A program made the position numbers and the translations under genes. 64,000 nt of DNA, from the NCBI RefSeq assembly GCF_009914755.1, contig NC_060926.1; one strand, 5' to 3'. Under the pieces are notes generated by a model. It had not been told where the DNA came from. It saw nothing but the letters and a program-made list of their open reading frames with translations, and searched no databases. Below are positions 39,994 through 58,225 of this stretch, piece after piece. Each line of letters opens with the position of its first letter. Positions within the stretch are counted from its first letter, which is position 1. The DNA is from the human T2T-CHM13v2.0 reference genome, Homo sapiens.

Positions 39994-42211
39994 TGAGCAA
40001 AGTATTAATCTCTTCAATCTACAATGTATATATTTTTCTTCCTAATGCCAAAACATTTCCGTGAAAAAGTGAAACTAGCAACATGTAGCCAAAGCAACCA
40101 GGCAAGTTAATGATTTTTTTTTTCTCTCTACCAGGTTGATTTGGCACTTTGTAGACACTGCTAAGCCAGCTCATGTTAGTGCTTGAAGTAAAGTGTTTCA
40201 GAGTTTTGCTTAGTTGTTTTTCTCATTTTGATATAACTTTTGTTTTCTGGAAATCTTCAAGAAATTTGTTATCCAACACTAGTAAAACAACCTGTTGCAT
40301 TTTAAAAGAAATCAAATATCATAACAAAAAAGAATAAATCAAATGTGAGAACAGCTATAAATTTTTAGAACATTTCAATCTTTCACTGCAACATAACATT
40401 CATTGTGATGATGACCATGAAAACAGAAAAAAGATTTTTAGATTCTGACATAAGAAAGAATTGGCTGTACAGATTACCTTTAAGACATAACTTTATGTGA
40501 AATCAAATTGCTGTGGTAATAAAGCTATAAAATGTTACTATTAAAATCCTTAATTTACGATCAATTTTAAACCAAAAAAGTACCTTAAACTATTTTTAAA
40601 TAAGTTGCAAACATATATGAAACTTAAGGATACATCCACCATGCTTAAAATGGTGACAAATGTTCATTGACCTGGATATGCCATTGATTTTGACAATGAA
40701 GTTGGGGCACCTTGACAATAACCTGCAATTGAATTTATTTTCTGATCAGTGCCACAGTCAAATTGATCTGGCTCTGTAATGATTACTAACATTTTCAGCA
40801 TATTCTTCCAGATTTCCATGTATTCTATGGCAGAAAAAGAGACAGTTTGAAGAGTTTCCCTTTAAACCATTGAAATTTTGGAATTCCTATTAAACATCTT
40901 GTCAGTGCACGTGCATCTCTGACACCACCAATCTCTTTCCAGCTCAGGATATTTCTCTGAAGATCTAGCTCTTACTTCTGAGTCAGAATTACATCAGAAA
41001 TCCTCATGTTTCCTTAAGCCAGCAATAATGAATATGGATTATTAGGTATTAATTTCATTATAATGGTAAATATGTTTCAAGTTTTGAACTAATCTTTTAA
41101 TAATAATGTGAGTTTATTTAAGTCCTAAAAATTAATCTCCTTGCATTGTATTATCTCTGTGATAGTTAAGAGTCAGAGTGACTTTGGGACATTTTTTTTT
41201 TTTTTGATATCCTTATCATCATGTTCCCTTTTAAACCAGTTCCAGATTTCCACTTTACTTACCTCTCCTCCTGAAAGTGCTGTCCACAGTAACCTAGACA
41301 CACAATCCAAGATAAAGTGATATGATCTTCTTGCCTTGGTGTTTGAAATCTTTCGGAACATGAGAGTGAATGCTGGGGGATTTTTTTCCCCCAGTTTCAA
41401 TTTCCTACATAATAATATATTCATCAAGGAAAAAGTTTTAAAATATTGTAAATGTACTCTGAGTGAGATATTGATCTAGACACAAGACAAGTAATTTCTA
41501 CCATCTAATGGAGGTAGAGTGGGGAGGTGGTGTATTTCTTTATTATGGTGGTGTTACAGAATTATCCAAGGTGCCAATTTAAACTGACCCATGGAAGAGT
41601 ACTCTCTGGGTTGGAGTCAGAAAATCTGCATTTGTAATATCCTGCACTGGTGTTTATATACACAATGACATTTAAGAACAACTGCATGTTTACCTGATGT
41701 GTAAGGGCATGAGTTCTGAGTTCATTTCAGCGTGAGTGGTTCCTACTTGGTGGGTAGTTTTCCTTTCTTCAGGGATATATGGATTCAGGTTCCTCCCTGA
41801 ATCCATATATCCATTTGTGATCTCTGTATCCTTGGGGGCCCTAGACTCCTCTGCTGTCAGATGGAGGATAGGGAGAAAGATAATGATTAATGCAGACTCA
41901 CTTGTTAAAAACCTGGGTCTGGAAGTAACACTCTTCATTTCTGCTCATAGTCTATTGGCAAGATATAGTCTCATGGCCATATCTGAAGGCATAAGAGCCT
42001 GGGAGATGCAGTCTTTGTCTAGACAGTTAATTTTTTTTTTGTAGCAACAACTATACTCTCTGGAAAGTGGAACACAACTATCTTGTGTATTGTTTATCTC
42101 CAACACAGCAGTCACTTTAGTGGCCTTGAACTTGGCAATGGTTTCTTAGATATGACATGTACAAGCAGCAACACAAAAATATAGATTCATGAGATAGATA
42201 ATAAATATCCT

Positions 42212-42772
42212 TGTGATGGTTAATTTTAGGGATCATCTTGACTGGGTTAAGGGATATGCAGATAGCTAGTACAGAATGTTTTCTGGGTATGTCTGTGAGC
42301 ATGTTTACAGAAGAGATTGATATTTGAACCAGTGGACTAAGTAAGGAAGATCGGCCCTCACCCAATGTGAGGGGCCCCATCCAATTGGTTGAGGTACCAG
42401 ATAGACCAAAAAGGCAAAGGAAAACAAATTCATTCTCTCTTCTGGAGCTGGGAAACCCATTTTTTTCCTGCCCTTGGACATCAGAGCTCCAGATTCTTGG
42501 GCCTTTAGACTTCAGCACATAGACCAGCATGCCCCCACCCACCTGTTCTCAGGCTTTCAGCCTCAGACTGAGCTATACCACTGGCTTCCTGGTGCTCCAG
42601 CTTGAGTATGGCACATCGGGGGACTTACAAGGGTGTGAGAAAGCTTCCATAATTAATCACTCTTAGATACCTATATTTATATCTCTATCTATATACTCTG
42701 GCTGCTAGTTCTATTCCTCTGGAGAGCCCTGTTTTTCTGGTTCTATTTCTCTGGAGAACCTTAACTAATATT
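42212..42772 (+). mobile_element. MLT2 (C/D-like) ERVL solo LTR
   Basis: TGTGATGGTTAATTTTAG..CTTGACTGGGTTAAGGGATA..CTGGAGAACCTTAACTAATA. Confidence 0.85.
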
Positions 42773-43754
42773 GCTCTGAATGACTGCTGTATGATCAAAT
42801 GATACAGCACAGGAAACTATAATATTCATGTCACTAGACAACTGCACAATATTATTTCTGATGTTAAAATAGATCCTATTTATATCTTTATTAAACAGTT
42901 CTTTATGTATTAATATAACTAACTAGTGATTAGTGATACATTTCTAATTCCAAAGGTAGTACAAATACCTTTCCAGGAATAATTTTCCATGGCATAGTAT
43001 GACAGCAAATAGATTGTTTTTCCACAGTACTTATTTTCAAAAAGAAGATGAACAGAAAGTCTCAAAGGCTTGATTCTTGTCACAGTGAAAGCAAAACAAT
43101 CTATCATAGAATTTATGAAAGGAATTTTGCACAAGGAAATAGACTCATTTTTGGCCTTGAGAAACCCATAGGCTGCTCATGACACGCAAATAATTTTTGT
43201 GTTTTCCTAAAGATAATTAATAGGATTAAACCTTTTTCATTACCTTGTTGGAAACAAAAGAGCCAAATATATTCCACTTAATGAGAATTTTTCTTCCAGG
43301 CACAGAACACCTGGTCTGAACTGTGGGAAGATACTGCTATTCAAAGATGTTAAAAAGCATCCTTCTCTGAGATACATTGAAAAAATTATATCAGGGAAAA
43401 ATAAGACACATATAAACTGACTAACATCAGGGTGTGCCTATTTATTTAGTGGGCGATCAGTACCATTAAGTTAAACTAAGTTTACCTTAGAATGTTACGT
43501 ATATGGCGGCAGAATGAACCTGCAACTTCAAAGTCTTCACAAAAGACCTGTTAAAACAGGAAAAAATACATTAAAGCAAAAATAAAGTTTTAAAAATTGA
43601 ATACAAAAACACTAATTGGTCTGTCATGTGCCTACAGTCAACCCTAGGAATTTTGGTTGGTAGGTAGCCATGAAAACAACAACAATGACAATCACAAGAC
43701 AAATGGCATTGATTGAATGCTTCTTATTTTTTAGATATTATTCTAGGTTAAATT

Positions 43755-43875
43755 CTCATGTTTTCTTCTAAGAGCTTTACAGTTCTAGTTCTAACATTAG
43801 GTCTTTGATCCATCTTGTGTTAGTTTTCATATATGGTGTAAGGTAAGACTTCATTCTTTTGCATGTGGAATACAA
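43755..43875 (-). mobile_element. L1M ORF2 fragment
   Basis: TGTTTTCTTCTAAGAG..TAGGTCTTTGATCCATCTTG..TATGGTGTAAGGTAAG..TTTGCATGTGGA. Confidence 0.7.
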
Positions 43876-43917
43876 AATCTCATTTATCCAAGCAGGAGTT
43901 GTACAAGGGAGTTATTT

Positions 43918-44350
43918 ATCTTGGGTCAGTTTCTCTAGAGCAGATCCTGAGGTGAGGATTTGTGTTAAAGCATTTTATTAAGGTACCGCCCTGGGAGAAG
44001 CCAGAAGGGAATGGGGGATGTAGAACAGGGAAAGGAAAAAGGCAAGCAGGGTACAGTTTCTGGTGATGCTCTAGCCCTGGTCTCATTCTTTGGGAGAACT
44101 GTGGAGGGCAAATTACAGCTTGGATCTTGTCCTCATAAGGTAGAGGTTTCCATATCCCTAGGGGGTAATGTAATTCCCAGTCACTTCCAGCTTTCTGCCC
44201 AGGCAGGAAAAATGGTTCTAGTGACTCAAGGGAAGTCTTTCAAAGGGAGATTCAGATGCAGGCTGTTTGAAACAAATGCCAAAGGAGCTGAGGAAAGGAG
44301 TGTCCATGAAAAAAGTCTGAGGGAATGTGGACCAGAGTCCCAGTGTGTTC
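43918..44350. mobile_element. Ancient ERVL-class LTR remnant
   Basis: TCTTGGGTCAGTTTCTCTAGAGCAGATCCTGAGGTGAGGATTTGTG..TTTATT resembles old MLT1/LTR16-type termini. Confidence 0.5.
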
Positions 44351-45180
44351 ACTTCTGTTTCGCTCACTTCACTTAACAGATTAAAAAAAAAATAGAAGCT
44401 AGAAGAGTGGAATAACTTTCCCTAGTTGACATGATTAATAAATAGGAAAGCTAAGAATAAGTCTAGATCTAGGACTCCAAATCTTTTGCTTTGGAGAGTT
44501 ATTGGACCTGTGGGAAGAATATGGTAAGTGGACTGTGGCAGAGATGAGCAGTTCAAATGGGATAAGCACATACTTATCAATGGGACATCATTAAGAGTCC
44601 TTCCTTCCATACTCTCCAAAAGCCTGCTGTGGGGTGATAAAGACATGAATTGGAAGAGGCATGAGAATAAAGGGAGTGGTAATTTTTTAAATGTCTGTGT
44701 TCTCTCAAAATGGTGCTGGGACAATGGTTATCCACATGACAACAAAAAAAAAAAAAAGAAGAAGAAGAAGAAGTTGGATCCACTACTATGTATAAAAATT
44801 AAAAATGGCCAAAGACGTAAATGTAAGCACTGAAACTATAAAACTCTTAGAAGAAAGCATAGGTGTAAACTATTTGTGGCCTTGAATTTGGCAATGGTTT
44901 CTTAGATATGACATGCACAAGCAGCAACAGAAAAAAATAGATTCATTGGATTTCATAAAAATAAACCTTTTATGCTTCAAAGGATACTATCAAGAAATTA
45001 AAAAGACAACCCAACAAATGAGAGAAAATAACTTACATCTAGAATATATATGTATACACCTATGTAATACATCATATATCTTATACATTCATATATGAAT
45101 ATAAATATAAAATAATTACAATTCAATAATTAAAAGACAACATATTACAAATAAAAACTACTATATAGAAAAAGGGTCTG

Positions 45181-45517
45181 TGATATGGTTTGGCTGTGTC
45201 CCCCACGTGTCAAGGGTGGGACGAGGTGGAGGTAACTGGATCATGGGGTCGGTTTCCTCCATGCTGTTCTCATGATAATGATTGAGTCTCATGAGATATT
45301 ATTGTTTTATAAACGTCTGGCATTTCCCCTGCTTGCACTGACTCTGTCCTACCACCCTGTGAAGAAGGTGCCTTCATCTACTTTGCCTTCCACCGGATTA
45401 TAAGTTTTTTGAGGCCTCCCCACCAATGAGGAACTGTGAGTCAATTAAATCTCTTTCCTTTATAAGTTACCCAGTCTCAGATATTTCTATATAGCAGTGT
45501 AAGAATGGACTAATACA
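45181..45517 (+). mobile_element. MSTA/THE1-type MaLR solo LTR
   Basis: TGATATGGTTTGGCTGTGTCCCC..GAATGGACTAATACA; perfect 5-bp TSD GTCTG (45176-45180, 45518-45522). Confidence 0.92.
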
Positions 45518-45585
45518 GTCTGAATGGACATTTCTTCAAAGATGATACAAAAATGGCCCATGCACATATAAAAAGATGCTCAAGA

Positions 45586-50126
<4,541 letters not shown>

Positions 50127-52764
50127 AAAAAGATGCTCAAGATCATTAGGTATCAGAGAAATGCAAGTCAAAGCCACACTCTCTAGAATGGCTTTAATAA
50201 AATATACATATGGATAATAACCAGAGTTCGAAAGGATGTGGAAAAATCAGAACCCTCATCCACTGCTGGTAGCAATGTAAAATGGTGCAGCTACTGTCTG
50301 GCAGTTCCTCATAAAACTAAACACAGTTTTTTTGGTTTCGACCCAGCCATTCTACTCCCAGGTATATATTCAAGAGAAGTGAAAACAAGTGACCAAACAA
50401 CAACCTGTACACAAATGTTCACAGAAGCAGTATTAATAACCAAGTGTCCATTGGTGGATAAAATTGAGTATGTCCATAAATTGAATATTATTAAGCCACA
50501 AAAATGAAGTCCTGAAACATGCTACAAAATGGATGAACCTTGAAAACATTATGCTCAGTGAAAGAAGACCACATATAATATGATTCCATTTATATGAAAT
50601 ATACGGAGTAGGTGAATCTACAGAGAAAGTAAATTGGTGTTTGCCTTGGGCTAGGGGAAGGGGAGGATTGGCTAATGGCAACCAAAGAGCAATGTATTTC
50701 TTTTTGGGGTGACAAAAGATGTTCTAAAACTGATTGTGGTGATTGTTGTACAATGCTGTGAATATGCCATAAGTCTTTGAATTATATACTCTAAATGAAT
50801 GAATTGTATGTTATATGAATTATATCTCAATAAAATTGCAATATAAAAAAACTTCTATGCCCTAATATTAATTGAAATAATTCTGTGGGTAAACATTCAG
50901 CCTAAAATTTGCAAAGCAAAGCATTTATACAGGGCCATGCTGGCAGGGGTTTTTATGGTCATCTTGGCTACTTCACAGCTTCAAGTGTGAACTTTCTAAA
51001 CAGAGCTGGTATCGGGTTGTGGAAATGCTCATTGAGAACAGTCACCAAACAACAGCTGTTCCAGAGCAGACCCTGCCTCATCCATGATAACTGCATGTGC
51101 TGCCCACTTTGTGGGACAAAGTGAATCCTGGAAGCTGAGTATTTGAAAGAGCTTGTTGGCCCTCTCTGTTCCTACATCCAATGCATGGACTGGAGGCAGT
51201 CAGTGGGGGCCTTGTCTGAGCTGCTCTTGGAGTTGTGTGAGACGCAGTGCACGTCGCTCCCTCAGTGGCCTCCAGATTGAAGACGGTTTCTTGCGAAATC
51301 AGCAGGGTGGGCAGCTGAAGAGTGTGTGAATATTGTGCATTTGTAAATATTTGAGCACATCTGCTTAGCTCCCTCCCAAAAAACCACTGGGAAAACCCGC
51401 TTTGCATTGTGCCATGCAATGCTGTTACCCTGTTCTAATTGTCAAATCTGTTGAGTGTTTTTCTCCCGCACACAAAAATTAAACATTGCTCTCCTCATTC
51501 ATGATTAATTCAGCTGCAGTGCTGCACTGTGTCACACTGCATTTTTTAAAGTAATTGTTAAATTCTACCTCATAATCAGAGCAGTTTTAATTAACTTTTT
51601 GTCAGTTAATCTTTTTTCCTCATACATTTTCCATGTCTAGTGTGTATACAGTGTGTCTCTGCCCAGGGGTTTGCAGCCCCTCGATATGAATGCTTAAGCT
51701 CTGTCGGTGCTGATGGGTGTGCCATGTGCCCATGCAGAGAGGAGGCCTCCTAGGCTCATTCTGCTCAGCTTTCTTAGGGCTAGCTGGTCATAACATTTGC
51801 ATTAACGAGATCCGCCACAGTGAACTTATTTACAGGCTTCAAAGTTCAGGCTTTCTTTTCTCTTCCTCCTAGAACGTGTTTCCTGTGTCTAGGAGCGATA
51901 TGGCACATAATAGAAGTAAGAAAGGTGGACATATAGGGCACGGGGAATGATATCCAAATGGAATGTAGAACAAACCTTGACTCTTGCTTGCAGAGCTAGC
52001 CTGTACTCAGCATACTTCCTTCAGCATCTCTGACCTTGGCAAGATTACCAAAGTCACATTTTCACATGTTTGAACTTGTTTTTGCATAGTTCGTCCACCA
52101 ACTCAATGCACTCTTTCAACTTACATCTTTACTCATTCACATTTTTTACTTCTCAGATAGATAGATAGTATTTCTCATGTGTACGTAACAAAGAAAATCC
52201 AATTCCATATTAAACTGTGCACGTCCGTGTTCTTTTCTTTCTCACAAGTTGTCTGTGTTTAAAAGCAATAATGTGTAGCTTTTCTAAAAGTTTTAAAATG
52301 GTCACATCTGTCTGATAGTGCCACTACTGCTACTTCTAGCAAAAGCAGCCACTTTTGGGTATTTATAGGACATATTTTTCAGGATATCACATCAGTTTTC
52401 CAGTGTTAAAAAGCATAAGATTGAGGAAGTAGGAGCTGATAATTCCCTATTTTAGAATCTGATGCTAAAATGCTGAGAGATTAAATAAACACACCAGATG
52501 CTCAAATTGCCAGTTAAGTTATTTAAACACAGTGTGGCCCAAACCCTAGAAAAGGGAATACATTCACTCCACGAACACTTGTGCGGAGGTGTCGCCATAT
52601 TGAATTTGTTAATTAACCTGTTCTATCCAGAATTTATCTTAAGGATTAAATGCTATTCAAATACAAATTGTGCTAGAGGTTCCTACTAAAGAATTACATT
52701 TAAAAGTACCTCTAAAACAAACTGCTTTCTAAATAAAATGTTTTGACTTCCAAAAGATTAACAG

Positions 52765-52965
52765 TGTGTGGGCTCCAGAGTCTGTATTCAAATCTTAAAT
52801 ATGTCATTTACAAAGTAAGTGGGCAGGCAAGTATCTTTACCTCAGTCCTGTTTTCCTCATCTGTAAAATGGGGATAATACTATTTCCTATCATCATACAG
52901 CTTTTATAATGATGAAAAGACATGATTCTAATATACTTAGCACAGTGTATGTTCTCAATAAAATG
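52765..52965 (+). mobile_element. MIR
   Basis: TTCAAATC..GGCAAGT..GTTTTCCTCATCTGTAAAATGGGGATAATAC..CTTAGCACAGTG. Confidence 0.8.
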
Positions 52966-53094
52966 GTGAAATGATGGCTTGCCTTTTTCTCTGTGCCTGA
53001 TATCAGAGTATCTATATCACTCTGTATACAGAGCACAGTGGGCCCAAGTACTTGTCACAGCATTCATCATGGTCAGTCCTGTCTCTGTCTCACA

Positions 53095-53225
53095 GGAGCA
53101 AGCTCCACCCTGTGAGCTCAAGCTCCTGGAGAGTTTCGCATCTTGTTTAATTTGTGTCTCCTATAGTCCTAACACAACATCTGTGTTATGTGAACGTTCA
53201 AAAGGTTATTGCTGAATCATAATTG
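53095..53225 (+). mobile_element. L2 3' fragment
   Basis: AAGCTCCTGGAGAG..TGTCTCCTATAGTCCTAACACA..TTATTGCTGAAT. Confidence 0.5.
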
Positions 53226-56200
53226 AATCCTCCTTTTTGTTCTTTTACTCAGTCAACAATATTTAGAACACTCTATAGCTGAAAGATTAATAAGGCTTAA
53301 TTCCTGTCCTCAAATCATTCGGAATTGAGTGAGGAGTGATCTGTATATAGACCGGTAATTACAGAACTTCATGGAATATGATTGGCTTCCTGCAGCTGCA
53401 AAAGGCTTTACTGAAAAAAACAACATGTATCTGGGCCTTGAAAGAGCAAAGGTTTTACCCAGATTGAGTCTGAGGGTAGGTCACTTAAGACAACCTGAGT
53501 AGAGTGTATATGAAAAGGGGCAGAATCATGAAACAGAGCATGTTCAGGAAATTGTGGGAGTGGTGTGTGAGCAGATTCTAGTACATAGGAAGATCAATAC
53601 CAAAAGTTTGTAGCAAATATCACACTCTCATCCTATGAGCCCATTCCTATCATCTATACATGCTAAAAATCTACAGAATCCTTGGACTTGGGTGGACAGG
53701 CAGCTGTGGTGACTGCAGAAGACAGGGAGGTGGGAAAAACACAAAATAGGTGCAAAAGTTCCTGGCGAATGCCTCAGGGGTGATTAGAGTAGGAAGTAGT
53801 ACGAATAGAAAAGGAGTGAATTTAAAGAGTTAGAGGAAACCGAGCGAGGCTGGCTATGGAACAGTCCAGAGATAACTTTGTCATTTGTTATCCATTAAAA
53901 AAACCATTTATATTTCCCTTATTTAATCTTTTTGTTGTGTATATGTGGGTGGAAATGAACTTTAATTCTGTTCTGTATTTTGTGCTTTTTAAGAATTCTT
54001 ATTTCCTCTTTGTTTTCAAGTACAAAGTGGAATGGTTCTAATCCAGTTTTGATTTGTCAAGTATGATGGGAGAATAGATGTCACAGGAATGTGTCCAAAT
54101 TTACTTTATTTTTGAAATCCCATAAATATGTTGTTTAGAATTATTACCCAAGGGTATTAATTTTTACCTAGGAGTGTTTTATAATTCCACTCACAATTTG
54201 TGAGTCCTCATGGAAATTGTGCTGAGGTAGCAACCTTATTAATACAAAATTCTTGCATTTATATACTTTAATTTATAATAATTTCTAAATTTCTAATTTA
54301 AAATATATATTAAAAGAGGCTACAATAAAACTATCATAGCCATTAAATCAATACTCAAGAATATATGAATTTCTGGAAATTCCTCATGGTGATAAGAGCA
54401 TTTATTTCCTGTTGATAGAGATAGGAAAATACATTAAAGGCTTACTTTTCATATTTAATTTCAAATAAATATAACTGTGCCATGAAATATCAAATAATTT
54501 TGGAATTGTATTTTTAACCAAAAATAAAAGACCAGTAAATTTTAGACTGTTAAATTTGGACAGTATTTTGGCATGAACATTCTTCAGATTTCAGGTAATA
54601 TAAAGACAAACACAGATAAAGTAGAGTTCACTGGTATTTATTGTTTATTGTATGTAAGCATTCATACTGTGCCCCTTTAAAATCTACTTTTCAATGTTAG
54701 AACTCTATAATCTAACTTTATTTAAATTTTCTAAGCTTATCATACGAATCATTTCATTATAATTACAAAATGAATAAAATTTTGCTAGGTTTGTGGAAGA
54801 CTTCGGATCATGGACATATGTGATTTGACTACAAACTCAATAAAATTACTGACTACTAAGAAGGGATCCCTTAGGACATCTTTTTAGAATTGAAAGCCCA
54901 TAATGTTAAAATGTATTTTGTAATTGGGTATTTCCAAACTAATATCAAATAGCAAGTCTTTAATTAGTGTGGATAAAATTAAAATTTACTTACAGAGAAT
55001 TAAACTGGAATTTGAAGTTCTCATCATAAACCAGTATGAAGTGGAGAAATTCAATTTCACAGCCTCTTTTCTTTCATAACATATAATAACTTTTATTTTT
55101 CATTGTTATTTCACATAACAGATCGTTTTAGAGCAAACTTTGTGAAGAATCCTAAAAGCGCGTAACTATCTTTTACATAAAAATGCTTTAGAGTAAAGAG
55201 ATCTCAGTTTGGAATCCGGGTCTTATACATTCAAAATGGCTGAGTTTTTGGGCAGTAAATGGCACTTTTAATATGTCCTAAACTTCAGAATGTAACCTCC
55301 ATTTACCCTGTAGACAAGTAAAGCAATGACAAAATGCCAGATTTCTAAAGCAAAAAACAAAAAATCCACTTCTTTTAGTATTAATTAAAAGTGTGTGAGC
55401 CATTACTATCTAAAAGTGTCAGCTGGGATTAGAACAAAGAATCAACAAAAATAACGCAGCTATGGTAAGGAGAGAAATGAATTCTGGAATCAACAGTAAA
55501 TAAATAAATACATAAAACCTTGTGCTGCCTTAGCCTTTACTGCACTGAAGATACAGTCTGCAGAATTTTTATTGGCACTCTGCCATCCTTATTTTCATTT
55601 ATCTGCCTCAAAGCACCATTTCAAAAAGTGCTAAAGCATGTTGTTGATAAAGTAGATTGTTTATAGCTGAATTGAAAATTTCAGAACAACACGTATTGTA
55701 ATAACGTCAGGGAGGAAGGTCTGGGAAGACTGCAGCTGCAGCTTTTTTAAACCTATGTCAACATCACTGTTAGAAATTGGAAGATGTGCTATTCTGCCCT
55801 ACAAAATTTAATAAGGAAATTTTTATAAACTATATTAAGTGACAAGTATTACCAACAGCCATAAAGTCTGCTGAGTTTTTATTTACTGAAATGCTTTCCT
55901 AGCACATTGTTCCCATATTGCAGTCTCCTTTATAGTGTTGTGTTTTGTAATGTACTCAGCTACTCAGGGGTGATTTCAGTGATAGTAAATCCTGGGCCTA
56001 TGAGTCCCCATGTGTACCATAGTAATTTTAATACTTCTGTAGTTAAGTACTGTCAGGTATAAATTTCAGCACCAACTTTAGTTGCTTCAGTGTGTTTTTT
56101 TCTTGTGACTGTTTTTGCAAAAGCACATTCAATAAATATGAAATAAGAAAAATGCTTAAACAAATGACATAAAGAAGTGAGATGGTACTTTTTTTATTTA

Positions 56201-57320
56201 TATGGCTAAAGATCATAGCTGATATAGTTTATGTATTCCATTCAATGTGTAACTGTTTTTACTATTGAATTTTATTATGTTATGTTAATTATTTTTTAAA
56301 TGAAAACACTAATTTTCCTAAACTGAGTTCCCCAGGCGACTGGGGTTTCTAGAAATGCTTACTTGGTATTCCTGAAAAAAAAAAAAAAAAAAAGTTTTCT
56401 GTGGTCAATTGTGTTTAATAAGAAGTGCTGAGTTAAACAAAGTTGGATTTCTTTTTTGATTTTTTAGTATTTTATATGCAACATGCAATGTTAATCTCTA
56501 AGATATGTCATTTCCTAACATAAGTGTCCTTTTGTCCTTTTTTTTTCTTTTAACAAACTTATTTAGCAGTTGTTGAACACCAGTGTTCTACATCACATTG
56601 CAGGACATGCTGGTTTAGAAGGATGTAATACATTTAATACATTGAGATTTAAGCAAAGCTCTTGCATCTAAACTTTCAGTGTTTAGAGAGATCAATGCTG
56701 CGCATAGAGAACACTTTGTAAAATCTTACTATTTGTGGAATAAATTAATGAATTCTAGAATGAAGGCTATCTTGCTAATAAATGAATGCCTGACAAGCCA
56801 GCTGGTACACTACTCTACTGCTGAAGCCAGTGGCTTTGTATTAATCTTGAGGATTGTGTTGAATTATCCTCTCATCCAAATTGTCTGCTGGAAAACTGAT
56901 TCTTTTGCATTTGTGTATGATCTACCCTTTTCTCCTTCCATTCTAGGATCTCTTAGAATTGCTTTTAAAATTTTTCCTAGAATTTATTCTTAGAATTAGA
57001 TCTTAGCTTAGAAGCTCTTTGTCTTTTGTGTTCTTCAATTTTACTATCATATGACTAATCTGTCATCCCTTGTCTTCTAAAGTCCTTCTTTTCTGTTTTA
57101 TTATGTGATTTTTTCATCATAATTTATTCAATTGTTTTAATCTTTTTTCTACTATTATTTTCTTCTGAGTGCTTTATTATTTGTTAGTAATATTGCTTCT
57201 ATCCTCATCCTTTAAGTTCATTTTTAAATTGCTCTTCTTTTTAATTTTTATCCAGTGTTTTCCAATTCAACCTGACTTTTTCAGTAAATTAATTTGTGTT
57301 TTGACTGTGTCCATTCTGAT

Positions 57321-57515
57321 TAGAGATTCCAGATAAAATACTGAACATCTATTTAAATTTGAATTTCAGATATTACGAAAAAAGTTTAGTACAAGCAAGT
57401 CCTGCTTTGCCTGTTATATCATGTTAGACATATTTATACCTAAAAGAATGTAGTTATTCATCTAAAATTCAAATTTTACTGGGAATCCTCTATTTTTATT
57501 TGTTAATTCTGTTTC
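57321..57515. mobile_element. MER53 palindromic MITE
   Basis: CCAGATAAAATAC..TTAAATTTGAATTTCAGATA mirrored by ATCTAAAATTCAAATTTTACTGGG..TATTTTTATTTG. Confidence 0.8.
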
Positions 57516-57814
57516 TTCTGTTTCCTCTCTACATACTAAACTTTAGGGTATTTTTTGTTTTTTATTTTATTTTATTTTTATTTTTTGCTTTCACAATCAG
57601 CAAACTTATCTCTAAAAATCCCCCCTTTTTTGGCAATAGTATTCTCCTGTCCTAGGAATGAACAAATATAAATAATTAATATGAACTTTTAAGGAAAACT
57701 TTAATAGATATCCCCAATGTGTTGAAAATAGAATGAAGAGTACCTTGGATTGATTAAGCATTAGGCTACTCAAAAATACAGCAAATTGATTTTCAAACTT
57801 TTCGGGACTGCTGT

Positions 57815-58225
57815 CTAACGATATAGGATATTGTCAACTGCTATAACAATGGATTCCCAAATGCATAATGTCTCAAAAACAGTAGATTTTTTTTCCTTGT
57901 TAACATGAAAACTCTGAGTGGGTAAAAAGTCTAGGATTTTCAGTAGCCATGGTGTTGGTTCCTTCCACACCTATATTTTATGTTCACCCTGGTTACCCCC
58001 ATCCTGGTCAAGGAGCCAAGCATGGAAGAACATGCACAGAAGTGTCTAGTGGATGAAACCTGAAAGTGATACCCTTCAAGTTTGCTCACATCCTGTTTGT
58101 TGGAATTCAGTCACACAGCCATGCCTCACTGCAAGGGAGTCTGCAAAATGTAACCCAGCTCTTTCCAGGAAGAAGAAGAAGAGAAGATAGACTTTAGTGT
58201 GTAGTTAAAATTTGCTGTCACACAA
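57815..58225 (-). mobile_element. Ancient MLT1 (MaLR) LTR remnant
   Basis: CTGCTATAACAA..CCTGAAAGTG..TGCTCACATCCTGTT..AGTCACACAGCCATGCCTCACTGCAAGGGAGTCTG. Confidence 0.6.

Noticed and set aside
56320-56610. Possible hAT-Charlie (MER103-like) remnant; similar weak signal at 23660-23880
   Set aside because: Too degraded to call without a profile search
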